Source of the DNA: an uncultured Gammaproteobacteria bacterium | Lineage (GTDB): Bacteria > Patescibacteriota > Patescibacteriia > UBA2169 | Length of the DNA stretch: 64,000 bases | Direction: 5' to 3' | Assembly (NCBI GenBank): GCA_964611875.1 | Contig: CAZTBF010000002.1 | Span: forward strand, 184,439-248,438 | In this document: piece after piece, positions 43,803 to 54,325 of the stretch | Position numbering within the stretch: position 1 is the stretch's first letter | Layout: each line of letters begins with the position of its first letter | Position numbers and translations under genes: made by a program | Notes under the pieces: generated by a model | The model's database searches: none | What the model was told of the DNA's origin: nothing | What the model saw: only the letters and a program-made list of their open reading frames with translations

Positions 43803-44366
43803 ATGGCACAAATTTCTCTCGGACAAATTAGAACAGGACAAGCACTTGTGTACAATAATGAGGCATATGTGGTTGTTGATAGTGCCCACCATAAAAAAGG
43901 ACGTGGTGGTGCTGTGGTGCGTACAAAATTGAAACACATTGCCAATGGAAATGTTATTGAAGCTACCTTTCAAGGAAATGATAAAGTAGAGCTCGCTGAC
44001 GTGGTTCGTAAAAAAGTACAATATTTATATGCAGATGATTCGTCTATGCACCTCATGGATGAAAACTATGAACAGTTTACGTTGGACAAAGAATCTGTTG
44101 CAGATCAGTTATTGTATTTAAAAGATGGAGAATCTGTTGATGTTGCGTTTATAGATGGAAAACCAGCAACCGTTCAATTGCCACCAAAAGTTGAACTGTT
44201 AGTTACCGAAGCTCCTCCAGCGGTAAAAGGAGACACCGCAAATAACGCAACCAAAGATGTAACTTTAGAAACAGGATTGCATGTACAAGCACCATTATTT
44301 ATTAAAGATGGTGATGTATTACGTATTAATACAGAAACAGGCGAGTACGTAGAACGTGCAACCTAA
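43803..44366 (+). CDS. efp: Elongation factor P
   Basis: Full-length EF-P pattern with loop HHKKGRGGAVV. Confidence 0.95.
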   Translation: MAQISLGQIRTGQALVYNNEAYVVVDSAHHKKGRGGAVVRTKLKHIANGNVIEATFQGNDKVELADVVRKKVQYLYADDSSMHLMDENYEQFTLDKESVADQLLYLKDGESVDVAFIDGKPATVQLPPKVELLVTEAPPAVKGDTANNATKDVTLETGLHVQAPLFIKDGDVLRINTETGEYVERAT

Positions 44367-44417
44367 GTTTTATTGATACGATTTCTGATGTATACTACTA
44401 GTAGTTAGATGTAGAAC

Positions 44418-45044
44418 ATGTTTAGTGCACGACACAATAGTTTAAATATTATCCTCTTGATAGTCCTTATTGGCGCATTACTTGCGTTAAGTGGTTGGCT
44501 TGCATATCATGCAGGACGCAATGTTGCAGAGGGTGAAGCATTGGTCCGTGCACAACAACGTATTATTCAAAATCCAACGGAAGTAGTATTAACCACCATT
44601 TCACTTGCCGAAAATGCTCGCCTTGAAGATGCAACAGGTATTACCTATTTAGATATAGAAGGTGGTCGTGGTGAAGTAGATGTGGTATTGCCTGAAAACA
44701 TTGGATTGCCAGAAGGAATGATGTTTGAGGCGTGGTTAGTTGATGCGGGAAAACTTGGTGGTCTTGGTACGAGTTCAGTATCAGAACAAGATCAACAATT
44801 TGGCACCCCTTTTGCAAATTTAGATTTTAGTGGCAATGTAGATGCAGCTCCATACGCTCATTCAATGGGTACATTAGTATGGGATGCTGTACGAGGAAGT
44901 TATCATGTCTATTTTGAAACACATAATATGCTTACTCCCTATGATGCCGTTATGGTTACCGTTGAGTCAGATGGAAACCAACAAGATTACGACCCTCGAC
45001 CAGGTACACCAATACTGATTGGGGAAATTACATTAGCACAATAA
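44418..45044 (+). CDS. Membrane-anchored hypothetical protein
   Basis: N-terminal TM helix IILLIVLIGALLALSGWLAY. No catalytic motif recognised. Confidence 0.65.
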   Translation: MFSARHNSLNIILLIVLIGALLALSGWLAYHAGRNVAEGEALVRAQQRIIQNPTEVVLTTISLAENARLEDATGITYLDIEGGRGEVDVVLPENIGLPEGMMFEAWLVDAGKLGGLGTSSVSEQDQQFGTPFANLDFSGNVDAAPYAHSMGTLVWDAVRGSYHVYFETHNMLTPYDAVMVTVESDGNQQDYDPRPGTPILIGEITLAQ

Positions 45045-45050
45045 TTGAGT

Positions 45051-45512
45051 ATGAATTTTAAATATATCGGGATACTTGCACTCACACTGGTTCTTGCTGG
45101 TTGTGGTGCACAAACAAATACAAATGTGACTGCAGATGTTGCAACTGAAAATAGCACCAGTATGATGCAGGAGAAAGCACCTGTGGTTCGATTAACCAGT
45201 CCTCAAGAAGGGCAAGTACTTGCCTCACCATTTCTTGTTGGTGGAGAAGCCCAATTTGCTGATAATACCGTACATGTACGTGTAACAAATACTGCAGGGG
45301 ATAGTTTAATTGAGGAAACTACCTTAGTGAAAGCAGAAAATGGTGAAAAAGGTCCGTTTGGGGTACTTATTAACTTTGCCTTTCAAGCAACTGATACTGG
45401 ATATGTAGAGGTATATGGTATTGATCCAACTTCTGGCAAAGAAATTGGATTATCTTCTGTAGCTGTTTCGTTTGATATTAGTAGTAGTGGAAGTGCTGGT
45501 GTTGCCCAATAG
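45051..45512 (+). CDS. Lipoprotein with Gmad2-type Ig-like domain
   Basis: Lipobox LVLAG-C. LTSPQEGQVLASPFLVGGEA..VHVRVTN..GPF pattern. Confidence 0.7.
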   Translation: MNFKYIGILALTLVLAGCGAQTNTNVTADVATENSTSMMQEKAPVVRLTSPQEGQVLASPFLVGGEAQFADNTVHVRVTNTAGDSLIEETTLVKAENGEKGPFGVLINFAFQATDTGYVEVYGIDPTSGKEIGLSSVAVSFDISSSGSAGVAQ

Positions 45513-45648
45513 GGTGTGGATTACTTTTATTCTAATCTTAGTAAAAAAGGCGTTTGAATATTAAGTAGACGCCTTTTTAAATACGTTTTTATGGGTATTC
45601 ATGCTATCATATAGATAAGCGAAAGCGCATACAATTAATTGGAAACGT

Positions 45649-45843
45649 ATGGAAAATACAAACGAAATGCCACAAAATGAGGGTGGGCAGCCAATGCCAG
45701 AAAATCAAAACCAAACACAAAATGCTCCTATGCAGGAACAAGCACCTGCACAAGTCGGTGAATCAAAATCATCTATGAAAATGATTCTCCCTATTGTGTT
45801 GGTTGTGATCGTTATTGCATTGATCGTTTGGCTGGTTGTCTAA
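45649..45843 (+). CDS. Small C-terminally anchored membrane protein
   Basis: Gln/Asn/Pro-rich N-terminus and TM helix ILPIVLVVIVIALIVWLVV. Confidence 0.5.
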   Translation: MENTNEMPQNEGGQPMPENQNQTQNAPMQEQAPAQVGESKSSMKMILPIVLVVIVIALIVWLVV

Positions 45844-45866
45844 TAGCTGTACTTGTGTAATACTAA

Positions 45867-45893
45867 CCCCGCTTTTAACAGAAGCGGGGTTTT
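45867..45893 (+). terminator. Intrinsic terminator
   Basis: CCCCGCTT-TTAACAG-AAGCGGGG plus TTTT. Confidence 0.75.
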
Positions 45894-45899
45894 GATTAT

Positions 45900-46142
45900 A
45901 TGACAGACACATTTGAACAAACAATACATACGACATTACAAGAACTTGAGCCGTATGTGCATTCACATGGAGGCACTATTGAGTTTGTTTCGTACACACA
46001 TCCTTTTGTACATGTTCGGTTAAAAGGTTCGTGTGAAACGTGTCCAATTTCTGTGATTACTTTGAAATTAGGTATTCAAAAAAAACTTCGAGAACATGTT
46101 GAGGATATCGAAGTTGTTGCCGTTGAGGAAGAGTTAGAATAG
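45900..46142 (+). CDS. NifU C-terminal-like Fe-S cluster protein
   Basis: HGGTIEFVSY..VHVRLKGSCETCPIS CxxC motif. Confidence 0.8.
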   Translation: MTDTFEQTIHTTLQELEPYVHSHGGTIEFVSYTHPFVHVRLKGSCETCPISVITLKLGIQKKLREHVEDIEVVAVEEELE

Positions 46143-46164
46143 TAGCATTAAGTTTCTTTCTACT

Positions 46165-46296
46165 CGTCATCTCGACCGAAGTTCATCGTTGTACTCAACG
46201 ATGAACTGAGTGGAGAGATTCCTTATATATCAACAAGATTCCTCCTCTCGGGAGTACCCGCCTGTCGGCGAGGAATGGCACTCGGCCGGAATGACG
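46165..46296. repeat. Second copy of the CGTCATCTCGACCG..GGAATGACG MITE/REP-like element
   Basis: Aligns with 16000-16120, including GTTCATCGTTG-TACT-CAACGATGAAC and CTCGGGAGTACCC. Confidence 0.7.
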
Positions 46297-46302
46297 TATT
46301 GC

Positions 46303-47736
46303 TTATGACGGGTTGTTTTCAACAACCTTTCGCATAGCCATATGCGAGCTTTGCGTTTCTTCAAGCAAACTACTTTCGTTGATGTACAGGTGTTTGCGAT
46401 CTTTAATCACAAATGTTCCATTGATCATAAGGTCGCGAACATAGCGTCCACCATGTGTGGTAATGTTTCCTAATAACGTTACCGGATTATTTTCGTCATA
46501 CGGAATAAAACCTCTGTCTTTGAGTTTCCAAAAACACAAGTCTGCTTTTGCACCAGGAATAATACGTCCACGTGGTTCGTGCAATACACGTGCACCATTG
46601 GTGGTCATCATTTTAAAGAGAGAACCAAACTTTACCGTACGGTTGTATAGGTGGGTGATGCGTGTTTGGTATGCTTCAGTTAAAATATCTAATCTGCTTT
46701 TACTTACCACACTATCTGTTCCAAGGGTGAGTTGAGGAAATGCACCTGCTTCTTCAAATTTCCAAAAATCAAACGTACCACTTTTATGAATAATGTTTGA
46801 AGTTGGCAGATGTGAAATGCCTACTTTGTTATCTGCCAGTTTTTTAATATCCTCATCTGACACATGTATCACATGGGAAACAATAGTGTTGCTGTTGAGT
46901 AATCCATATTTTTCTAATGTTTGCACTTCAGTAAGACCATGTTTTTTTATACACTCATCGGCAACCATTTCACTTTCTGCCATGTGGCAAGTGAACAAAA
47001 TATTATAGGTGTCTACCAACTTTTTGATTTTTTTGAGTGCCTCACCATCTGCTTTGTACAGATAATGGAGAGAGGCTGCAAGTTGAGAGGTGTATGTATC
47101 TTTATGTAAAATAAGATTTTCAAGTAGCTCAGGGGTGTTTTCTGGATGAGAATTTGAAACTACACTTAATGCATTGATCACACGTTGTTTGGTGTGTTTT
47201 GTTGCTTCCTCTATTGGTTCAAAGACTCCGTAGTGAGAGAGGGTGGTGGTAACCCCATGCTTTTGTTGCTCGGTAAGATCACCAATGGTTGCAATGGTGT
47301 AATGTTCATCTGCCATGGCGCGTTCCCACAAAGGCATGGCTGCTATGGTTTCATCCACTCCTTCGCCTTCATCAAGCATCATGGCACTACGCATGAGGTA
47401 CATGGGTGGGTGGGTATGCGTGTTAATAAGCCCAGGAGTAACAACGGTTCCGCCACGTTTGCCAGCGTCATACACCACATCAAAATCTTGTGTAGATACT
47501 TTATCCGCAGGAAGTACGTCTTCTATAGTATCTCCTTGTATGATAATGGAATGATTTTCAAGCGTTTTTACTCGGTCATCTTCGTTGCAGGTAAATAAAA
47601 ACGGCACGTTATGCACGAGAACACGTGAGTACTCAGTGTTTCGTATATCGTACCGACTATGTTCGGATGATCCTTTTGAAAGTGTTTCCGAACTGGTAAT
47701 GCGTTTAAGAGTATCGTCTGATAATGCTGCTTTCAT
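46303..47736 (-). CDS. Amidohydrolase-superfamily deaminase (MtaD/guanine deaminase-like)
   Basis: PGLINTHTHPPMY metal-binding HxH motif, with the later His and Asp positions conserved. Located downstream of guaA. Confidence 0.75.
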   Translation of the reverse strand: MKAALSDDTLKRITSSETLSKGSSEHSRYDIRNTEYSRVLVHNVPFLFTCNEDDRVKTLENHSIIIQGDTIEDVLPADKVSTQDFDVVYDAGKRGGTVVTPGLINTHTHPPMYLMRSAMMLDEGEGVDETIAAMPLWERAMADEHYTIATIGDLTEQQKHGVTTTLSHYGVFEPIEEATKHTKQRVINALSVVSNSHPENTPELLENLILHKDTYTSQLAASLHYLYKADGEALKKIKKLVDTYNILFTCHMAESEMVADECIKKHGLTEVQTLEKYGLLNSNTIVSHVIHVSDEDIKKLADNKVGISHLPTSNIIHKSGTFDFWKFEEAGAFPQLTLGTDSVVSKSRLDILTEAYQTRITHLYNRTVKFGSLFKMMTTNGARVLHEPRGRIIPGAKADLCFWKLKDRGFIPYDENNPVTLLGNITTHGGRYVRDLMINGTFVIKDRKHLYINESSLLEETQSSHMAMRKVVENNPS

Positions 47737-47779
47737 GGGTGTATGGTAGGGGAAATTGGTTGTTTTGTAAAGAATACCA

Positions 47780-49567
47780 TTATTCCCATTCTATGGTTCC
47801 TGGTGGTTTGTTTGTTGTGTCATAGAATACATAATCAATCGGGAATTGTGTTGTGATGTCCTGTGTGAGCTTTTCAAGCAACGCATGATCCATGCGGTAA
47901 AAATGTGCGGTCATGGCCTCTTGAGACTCTATTGGACGCAATACAATGGATTGATAGTGTGTATGCCCCACAGGAATAAGCACCACAGGAAATTGCCATA
48001 TAGCATGATACAAACCAGCTTCTCTAATAGTTTGCATAACCAGTGCATCAATATCTTGTAAAAGCGTAATACGTTCTTGCGTGAGTGTTTGTTGTGTCGG
48101 CGCAAGTTCTATAGCCTTTTCTTGTGGGTTCAGAAGCACCATGGTGCGGTTAATAACCTTTGATGCATTCGTAATGGTACTTGAAAGTTCATCAATCTGT
48201 TCCCAATCATTCATACCCCAAAAAGCGAGCGGGTGTTCGTAGGTTCTATTATCTCCTTGCACTCCAACAGATTGTATCGGGACAATGCTGTGTTTAATAC
48301 TTTGTAGTAGTGTTGGATCTGTATCTATTGGTGGTAGGTCATCTTTTTCTGCGTTGGTACATAACATGCGAATAGCAAGGCCAGGCCCAGGGAATGGGTG
48401 GCGATCTATCATATGTTGTGGCAACCCAAGTAAAGTACCAATGTGGCGCACTTCATCTTTATAAAAGTCTGAAATTGGTTCCACTACCTTTCCTTCTGCT
48501 ATAAGTTTTTGAATAGCATCTACACGATTATGATGTGTTTTTATGGTGTCTGCATGTTTGGTACCACCTGTTTCAATGGTATCTGGGTAAATAGTTCCTT
48601 GCCCAAGGAGCCATTCATCGGAATCAAGTCCGAGTTTTTGTGATACCTGTTCGCGTATATCTAAAAATACTTTTCCAATGATCTTTCTTTTTTCTTCTGG
48701 TTCTACAATTCCTTTTAGCGCATCTAAAAAATGAACATGTGCATCGTGTACATGAATATTATTAAAACCTGCTTGGGAGAGGTTTTGTGTTATCTCTTGT
48801 GATTCATCTTTACGCATGAAACCGGTATCAACATACAAACCATACACACGTTCTTTCCCTAATGCTTTGGTTGCGAGTGCAAAGGCAACACTTGAATCCA
48901 CTCCACCGCTGACCAGCATAAACACTTTTTTATCCGCAACCTGTGTTTGGATCTGAGTAAGAATATCTTCAACCACATGCTCAATGTTCCAGTTTTTTTC
49001 AGCACGGCAGATAGTAAACACAAAATGTTTGAGCATGGTAAGACCTTCGGTGCTGTGGTGTACCTCTGGATGAAATTGTAATCCAATAATGGTGTTCGTT
49101 TCATTTGCTACGGCAGCGTTTGGGCAATCTTTAGTGGTACCAATGACGCGAAAATCTGGAGGGAGTTGTGTAACGGTATCGCCATGACTCATCCATACTT
49201 GTGTTTTGTGTGCAATGTTTTCTAAAAGCGCTGAGGCATCCGTAATCGTAAGTGTTGCTTTTCCATATTCTCTAATAGTCCCTGCTTCAACAGTACCACC
49301 AAGTGTTTTTGCAATGAGTTGGTGCCCATAACACAAACCAAGTATCGGCACTCCTCGTTCAAATAATGCGGTGTCTATTTGAGGAGCATTTTCATCATAT
49401 ACGGATTGTGGTCCTCCCGATAAAATAATACCAACCACATCTGGTGGAAGGTCTTTTGCATCAATATCTGCGGGATATAAGTCAGCACGTACTTCGAGTT
49501 CGCGAATACGACGTGCAATGAGGTGTGTATACTGAGAACCAAAATCTAAAATGGCAATATGGTGCAT
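47780..49567 (-). CDS. guaA: GMP synthase (glutamine-hydrolysing), long form
   Basis: GATase LDFGSQY and CYGHQ, ATP-PPase SGGVDSS and C-terminal PPGTIEWE. The ATG at 49567 is preferred over the TTG at 49573. Confidence 0.95.
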   Translation of the reverse strand: MHHIAILDFGSQYTHLIARRIRELEVRADLYPADIDAKDLPPDVVGIILSGGPQSVYDENAPQIDTALFERGVPILGLCYGHQLIAKTLGGTVEAGTIREYGKATLTITDASALLENIAHKTQVWMSHGDTVTQLPPDFRVIGTTKDCPNAAVANETNTIIGLQFHPEVHHSTEGLTMLKHFVFTICRAEKNWNIEHVVEDILTQIQTQVADKKVFMLVSGGVDSSVAFALATKALGKERVYGLYVDTGFMRKDESQEITQNLSQAGFNNIHVHDAHVHFLDALKGIVEPEEKRKIIGKVFLDIREQVSQKLGLDSDEWLLGQGTIYPDTIETGGTKHADTIKTHHNRVDAIQKLIAEGKVVEPISDFYKDEVRHIGTLLGLPQHMIDRHPFPGPGLAIRMLCTNAEKDDLPPIDTDPTLLQSIKHSIVPIQSVGVQGDNRTYEHPLAFWGMNDWEQIDELSSTITNASKVINRTMVLLNPQEKAIELAPTQQTLTQERITLLQDIDALVMQTIREAGLYHAIWQFPVVLIPVGHTHYQSIVLRPIESQEAMTAHFYRMDHALLEKLTQDITTQFPIDYVFYDTTNKPPGTIEWE

Positions 49568-49573
49568 GTTCAA

Positions 49574-49670
49574 AGGTATAAGGAGTAAGAAGTAAGTAAT
49601 AAGGAATGTGCTATTTCTTATTACTTATTTCTTACATCTTACTTCTTTTCTACTCTTTACGCTCCTTCTT
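49574..49670. repeat. TAAG-rich long imperfect palindrome in the guaA/guaB divergent region
   Basis: AGGTATAAGGAGTAAGAAGTAAGTAATAAGGAAT - GTGCT - ATTTCTTATTACTTATTTCTTACATCTTACTTC. Confidence 0.6.
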
Positions 49671-49681
49671 GGATAGGGTAG

Positions 49682-51175
<1,494 letters not shown>

Positions 51176-51205
51176 GTGGTAAGATGTAAGAAGTAAGAAA
51201 CGCGA

Positions 51206-51562
51206 TTATTGTTTCCGTATATATTTTGTATACCCTGCAAGTAATTTCCCAACTTCTCGTGCTATTTCCATTAAGTATATTCCTTTTTCTTTTGTAATAT
51301 AGTTAAGATTATAACTTAATAGTATATAGTATTTTATTTCCTCAAGTGATCCTTCTGCAATAGTATTGTAGTGTATTTTATGTTTGTTACTTTTTCTTTT
51401 ACTTCCTTCCGCTATATTTGCAGGTATTGAAACTGCTGATCTTCTTATTTGAGAGGTAAGTCCAAATTTTTCTGTATTGGGATATGCTTGTGTTGTGATA
51501 TACATATTAAGTACTAATGTATGTGCTTTTTGCCATACCTGTAGTTTTCGAAAATTTTCCAT
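51206..51562 (-). CDS. Four-helix-bundle protein of the 23S rRNA intervening-sequence protein family
   Basis: Motifs LQVWQKAH, IRRSAVSIPANIAEG and EGSLEEIKYY. Confidence 0.85.
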   Translation of the reverse strand: MENFRKLQVWQKAHTLVLNMYITTQAYPNTEKFGLTSQIRRSAVSIPANIAEGSKRKSNKHKIHYNTIAEGSLEEIKYYILLSYNLNYITKEKGIYLMEIAREVGKLLAGYTKYIRKQ

Positions 51563-51632
51563 ATAAAAAAACTCCTAATAATAATATGGAGCTTAAAGCC
51601 CCCTCCTATTTCTTATATCTTATAACTTACTT

Positions 51633-52097
51633 CTAGAACATTATAATGACCCAGGTTAAAATAATCAACAATGGTATTTGTAACATGAAGCCTTGCTTGG
51701 TGGTGAGTTTTGTTTTTATGATGTTGTGGAGTGCACTGTGTTTTTTACGGTACCATCGGAGGAATGGTGCATCTGTGAGCTCATGAAATCCCCATAGAGC
51801 ATCGGGTACTATGCCTCCTGCTATTCCTGCAAACATACCGAGGAGTTGGTCTACTGGGGAGTTAAGGGTCCAGAATATAAAGAAGAAAAAAAGTATGGTA
51901 AAATCTGATCCTACGACGAAAAATAATTTACTTCGAGCAGATTTGAGCCAGGTAACTTTTTTGGTTACTTCTTCATCTCCATGAGGAATAATATCCAATA
52001 TAAAATGTGAGACAACACCAATAAGGAATGCTACGAATGGATCTGATATAAATTGTCCTATTGCTCCACCTACTGCGGAGTGGATGGTGATATACAT
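51633..52097 (-). CDS. Integral membrane protein (YdjM/DUF457-like, tentative)
   Basis: Four hydrophobic helices and an HFILDIIPHGD motif. Confidence 0.6.
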   Translation of the reverse strand: MYITIHSAVGGAIGQFISDPFVAFLIGVVSHFILDIIPHGDEEVTKKVTWLKSARSKLFFVVGSDFTILFFFFIFWTLNSPVDQLLGMFAGIAGGIVPDALWGFHELTDAPFLRWYRKKHSALHNIIKTKLTTKQGFMLQIPLLIILTWVIIMF

Positions 52098-52166
52098 GGA
52101 TATAGTATAGCAAAAAGGGTTGAATAAATGAATAAAATATGATATACAATAATAGTTCTACATAGA

Positions 52167-52283
52167 CTTTACCGCTTGCTCCGAGGTTAAGTGGTAAAGT
52201 GAAAGGAGTATGCGTATGAAGGGTGTAGTGGATTCTGTAGCGTAGCGAAAGAATACACGGAACCCGTAATGCGATTACGACGC
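52167..52283 (+). promoter_or_regulatory. Conserved tRNA 5' leader module, copy 1
   Basis: Hairpin CTTTACC..GGTAAAG around CTTG..CTCCGAGGTTAAG, followed by an ~80-nt block shared with 52505-52589 and 55699-55784. A TTGAAT-17-TATACA promoter lies at 52120-52148. Confidence 0.6.
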
Positions 52284-52360
52284 GCCGGGGTAGCTCAGTT
52301 GGTTAGAGCGGAGGACTCATAAGCCTCAGGTCGACGGTTCGATCCCGTCCTCCGGCACCA
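52284..52360 (+). tRNA. tRNA with CAT anticodon (elongator Met or Ile2), CCA encoded
   Basis: Hand-folded with acceptor GCCGGGG/CTCCGGC, anticodon loop CTCATAA, T-loop TTCGATC and a C11-G24 elongator-type pair. Confidence 0.85.
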
Positions 52361-52463
52361 AACCCGCCTTTGGCGGGAAACATCAAACACCAAACATCAA
52401 TAACCAATAAATTGACGTTTGCACTATAGTCTGTTAGCATAGCAACCAATGCCTTATTAATCA

Positions 52464-52589
52464 TTTTGTACTTGGGCCAAGGTACTCCGAGGTTAAGTAC
52501 AAAATGAAGAGGAATAGGCGCATGAAGGGTGGAGTGGTTTCCTAAGCGTAGCGTAGGAAAACACGGAACCCGCAATGCGACTATGACGC
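52464..52589 (+). promoter_or_regulatory. Conserved tRNA 5' leader module, copy 2
   Basis: Hairpin TTTTGTACTTGGGCCAAGGTACTCCGAGGTTAAGTACAAAA plus the conserved block. A possible TTGACG-17-TAGCAT promoter lies at 52412-52440. Confidence 0.6.
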
Positions 52590-52664
52590 CGCGGGGTAGA
52601 GCAATGGCAGCTCGCCAGGCCCATAACCTGGAGGTTGCGGGTTCAAGTCCCGCCCCCGCTACCA
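52590..52664 (+). tRNA. tRNA-Met (CAT), initiator-like, CCA encoded
   Basis: Hand-folded with a C1xU72 mismatch, A11-U24 pair, anticodon loop CCCATAA and T-loop TTCAAGT. Confidence 0.8.
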
Positions 52665-52668
52665 AAAA

Positions 52669-52694
52669 ACACTCTCGACATGAGGGTGTTTTTT
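52669..52694 (+). terminator. Intrinsic terminator after the tRNA pair
   Basis: ACACTCTC-GACAT-GAGGGTGT plus a T-run. Confidence 0.65.
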
Positions 52695-52776
52695 GATGTG
52701 TAACAATAGGGTACTTACCGTAATATCCAATATATAGTATACTGAAAGCTCACATTAAGAATGTATATATATAAGT

Positions 52777-53571
52777 ATGGAAATGATAGAAGTAAAAAAT
52801 TTAACAAAAAAATTTGGAGATGTCACAGCGGTTGATGATATTTCTTTTTCTGTTCCTAAAGGAGAAATTTTTGCCTTTTTAGGACCAAATGGTGCGGGTA
52901 AATCAACCACCATTAAAATGCTTACTACATTATTACATGCAACAAGTGGGAGTATTGTGCTTAACGGGCATGATCCAGCAAAGAATCCACATGAAGTGCG
53001 TCGATCTTTTGGTATTGTATTCCAAGATACCAGTTTAGATGATGAGCTCACCGCATGGGAAAATATGGAGTTTCATGGAGTACTCTATAACGTAGAAAAA
53101 AACGTACGACGTAAACGCACCGAAGAACTGTTGTCTTTTGTTGATCTTATCGATAGAAAAGATAGTTTAGTAAAAGAATTTTCTGGCGGGATGAAACGTC
53201 GACTTGAAATTGCACGAGGGCTATTACATCATCCCAAAGTTATCTTTTTAGATGAACCAACACTTGGGCTTGATCCACAAACACGTAATCACATGTGGGA
53301 CTATTTGTATCGCTTAAATAAAGAAGAGGGAACCACTATTTTTTTCACCACACATTATATGGAAGAAGCAGATCGAGCAGCACAACGTATTGCGATTATT
53401 GATCATGGTAAGATCATTGCTCTTGGTACCTCAGCTTCTTTAAAAGAAGAAACAAACACCAATTCCCTTGAAGACGCCTTTTTAGCATTAACCGGCAAAA
53501 CTATGCGTGTCGAAAATAGTAATGCAATTGATAATTTACGCGCTATGGGGCGCATGTGGGGGAGAAAATAA
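52777..53571 (+). CDS. ABC transporter ATP-binding protein (ABC-2/DrrA-like)
   Basis: GPNGAGKST, SGGMKRRLEIA and VIFLDEPTLGLD. Confidence 0.9.
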   Translation: MEMIEVKNLTKKFGDVTAVDDISFSVPKGEIFAFLGPNGAGKSTTIKMLTTLLHATSGSIVLNGHDPAKNPHEVRRSFGIVFQDTSLDDELTAWENMEFHGVLYNVEKNVRRKRTEELLSFVDLIDRKDSLVKEFSGGMKRRLEIARGLLHHPKVIFLDEPTLGLDPQTRNHMWDYLYRLNKEEGTTIFFTTHYMEEADRAAQRIAIIDHGKIIALGTSASLKEETNTNSLEDAFLALTGKTMRVENSNAIDNLRAMGRMWGRK

Positions 53572-53572
53572 T

Positions 53573-54319
53573 ATGCAAACGATATATATTTTGTGGCTGA
53601 GACAATTAAAGCGATATGTGCGTTCTCGTTCTCGGATTGTTGGCTCATTGGGACAACCTATTTTATTTTTGCTTGCACTGGGATATGGATTTGGTTCGGT
53701 ATATAAGCAAGCAGGACAAGGTGATTATTTAACCTTTTTGGCCCCTGGTGTTATTGGCATGAGTATTATTTTTACCGCAATATTTACCGGTATGGAAATT
53801 ATTTGGGATAGACAGTTTGGTTTTTTAAAAGAAACCATGGTTGCTCCAGTCTCTCGTTTTCATATTATGTTAGGACGAACCCTTGGTGGGGCAACTGTTT
53901 CTGCTTTGCAAGGGCTTATCGTACTTGTTATCGCACTTATTGCGGGGTTCCGTCCTGCACACCTTGCGGGGATTGTTCCCCTTATTGGACTCATGTTTTT
54001 GGTTGGATTATTATTTGCTTCTTTAGGTACACTGATTGCTTCTCGTTTAGAGGATATGCAGGGCTTTCATCTGATTATTAATTTTTTGGTCATGCCACTC
54101 TTTTTTCTTTCGGGTGCTTTATTCCCTTTGGCAGGGTTACCAAAAGCATTAGCAATTGCAGCTCTTATTGATCCATTATCCTATGGTATTGATTCCTTTC
54201 GACATGTATTAATTGGTATGAGTCATTATAGTCTTGGTGTTGATGTGCTTGTGTTGAGTTGTATTACGTTATTCTTTTTGGTCCTTGGTGGTTGGTCTTT
54301 TTCTAAAATAGAAGTATAA
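53573..54319 (+). CDS. ABC-2 type transporter permease
   Basis: ATG at 53573 lies 1 nt after the ATPase stop. Six hydrophobic helices. Confidence 0.85.
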   Translation: MQTIYILWLRQLKRYVRSRSRIVGSLGQPILFLLALGYGFGSVYKQAGQGDYLTFLAPGVIGMSIIFTAIFTGMEIIWDRQFGFLKETMVAPVSRFHIMLGRTLGGATVSALQGLIVLVIALIAGFRPAHLAGIVPLIGLMFLVGLLFASLGTLIASRLEDMQGFHLIINFLVMPLFFLSGALFPLAGLPKALAIAALIDPLSYGIDSFRHVLIGMSHYSLGVDVLVLSCITLFFLVLGGWSFSKIEV

Positions 54320-54325
54320 GTACAA

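Noticed and set aside
52303-52665. 120-aa minus-strand ORF spanning both tRNA-CAT genes, and ORFs 55569-55823 and 55613-55798 over tRNA-Leu
   Set aside because: They run through well-folded tRNA genes and the conserved leader modules, so they are spurious.
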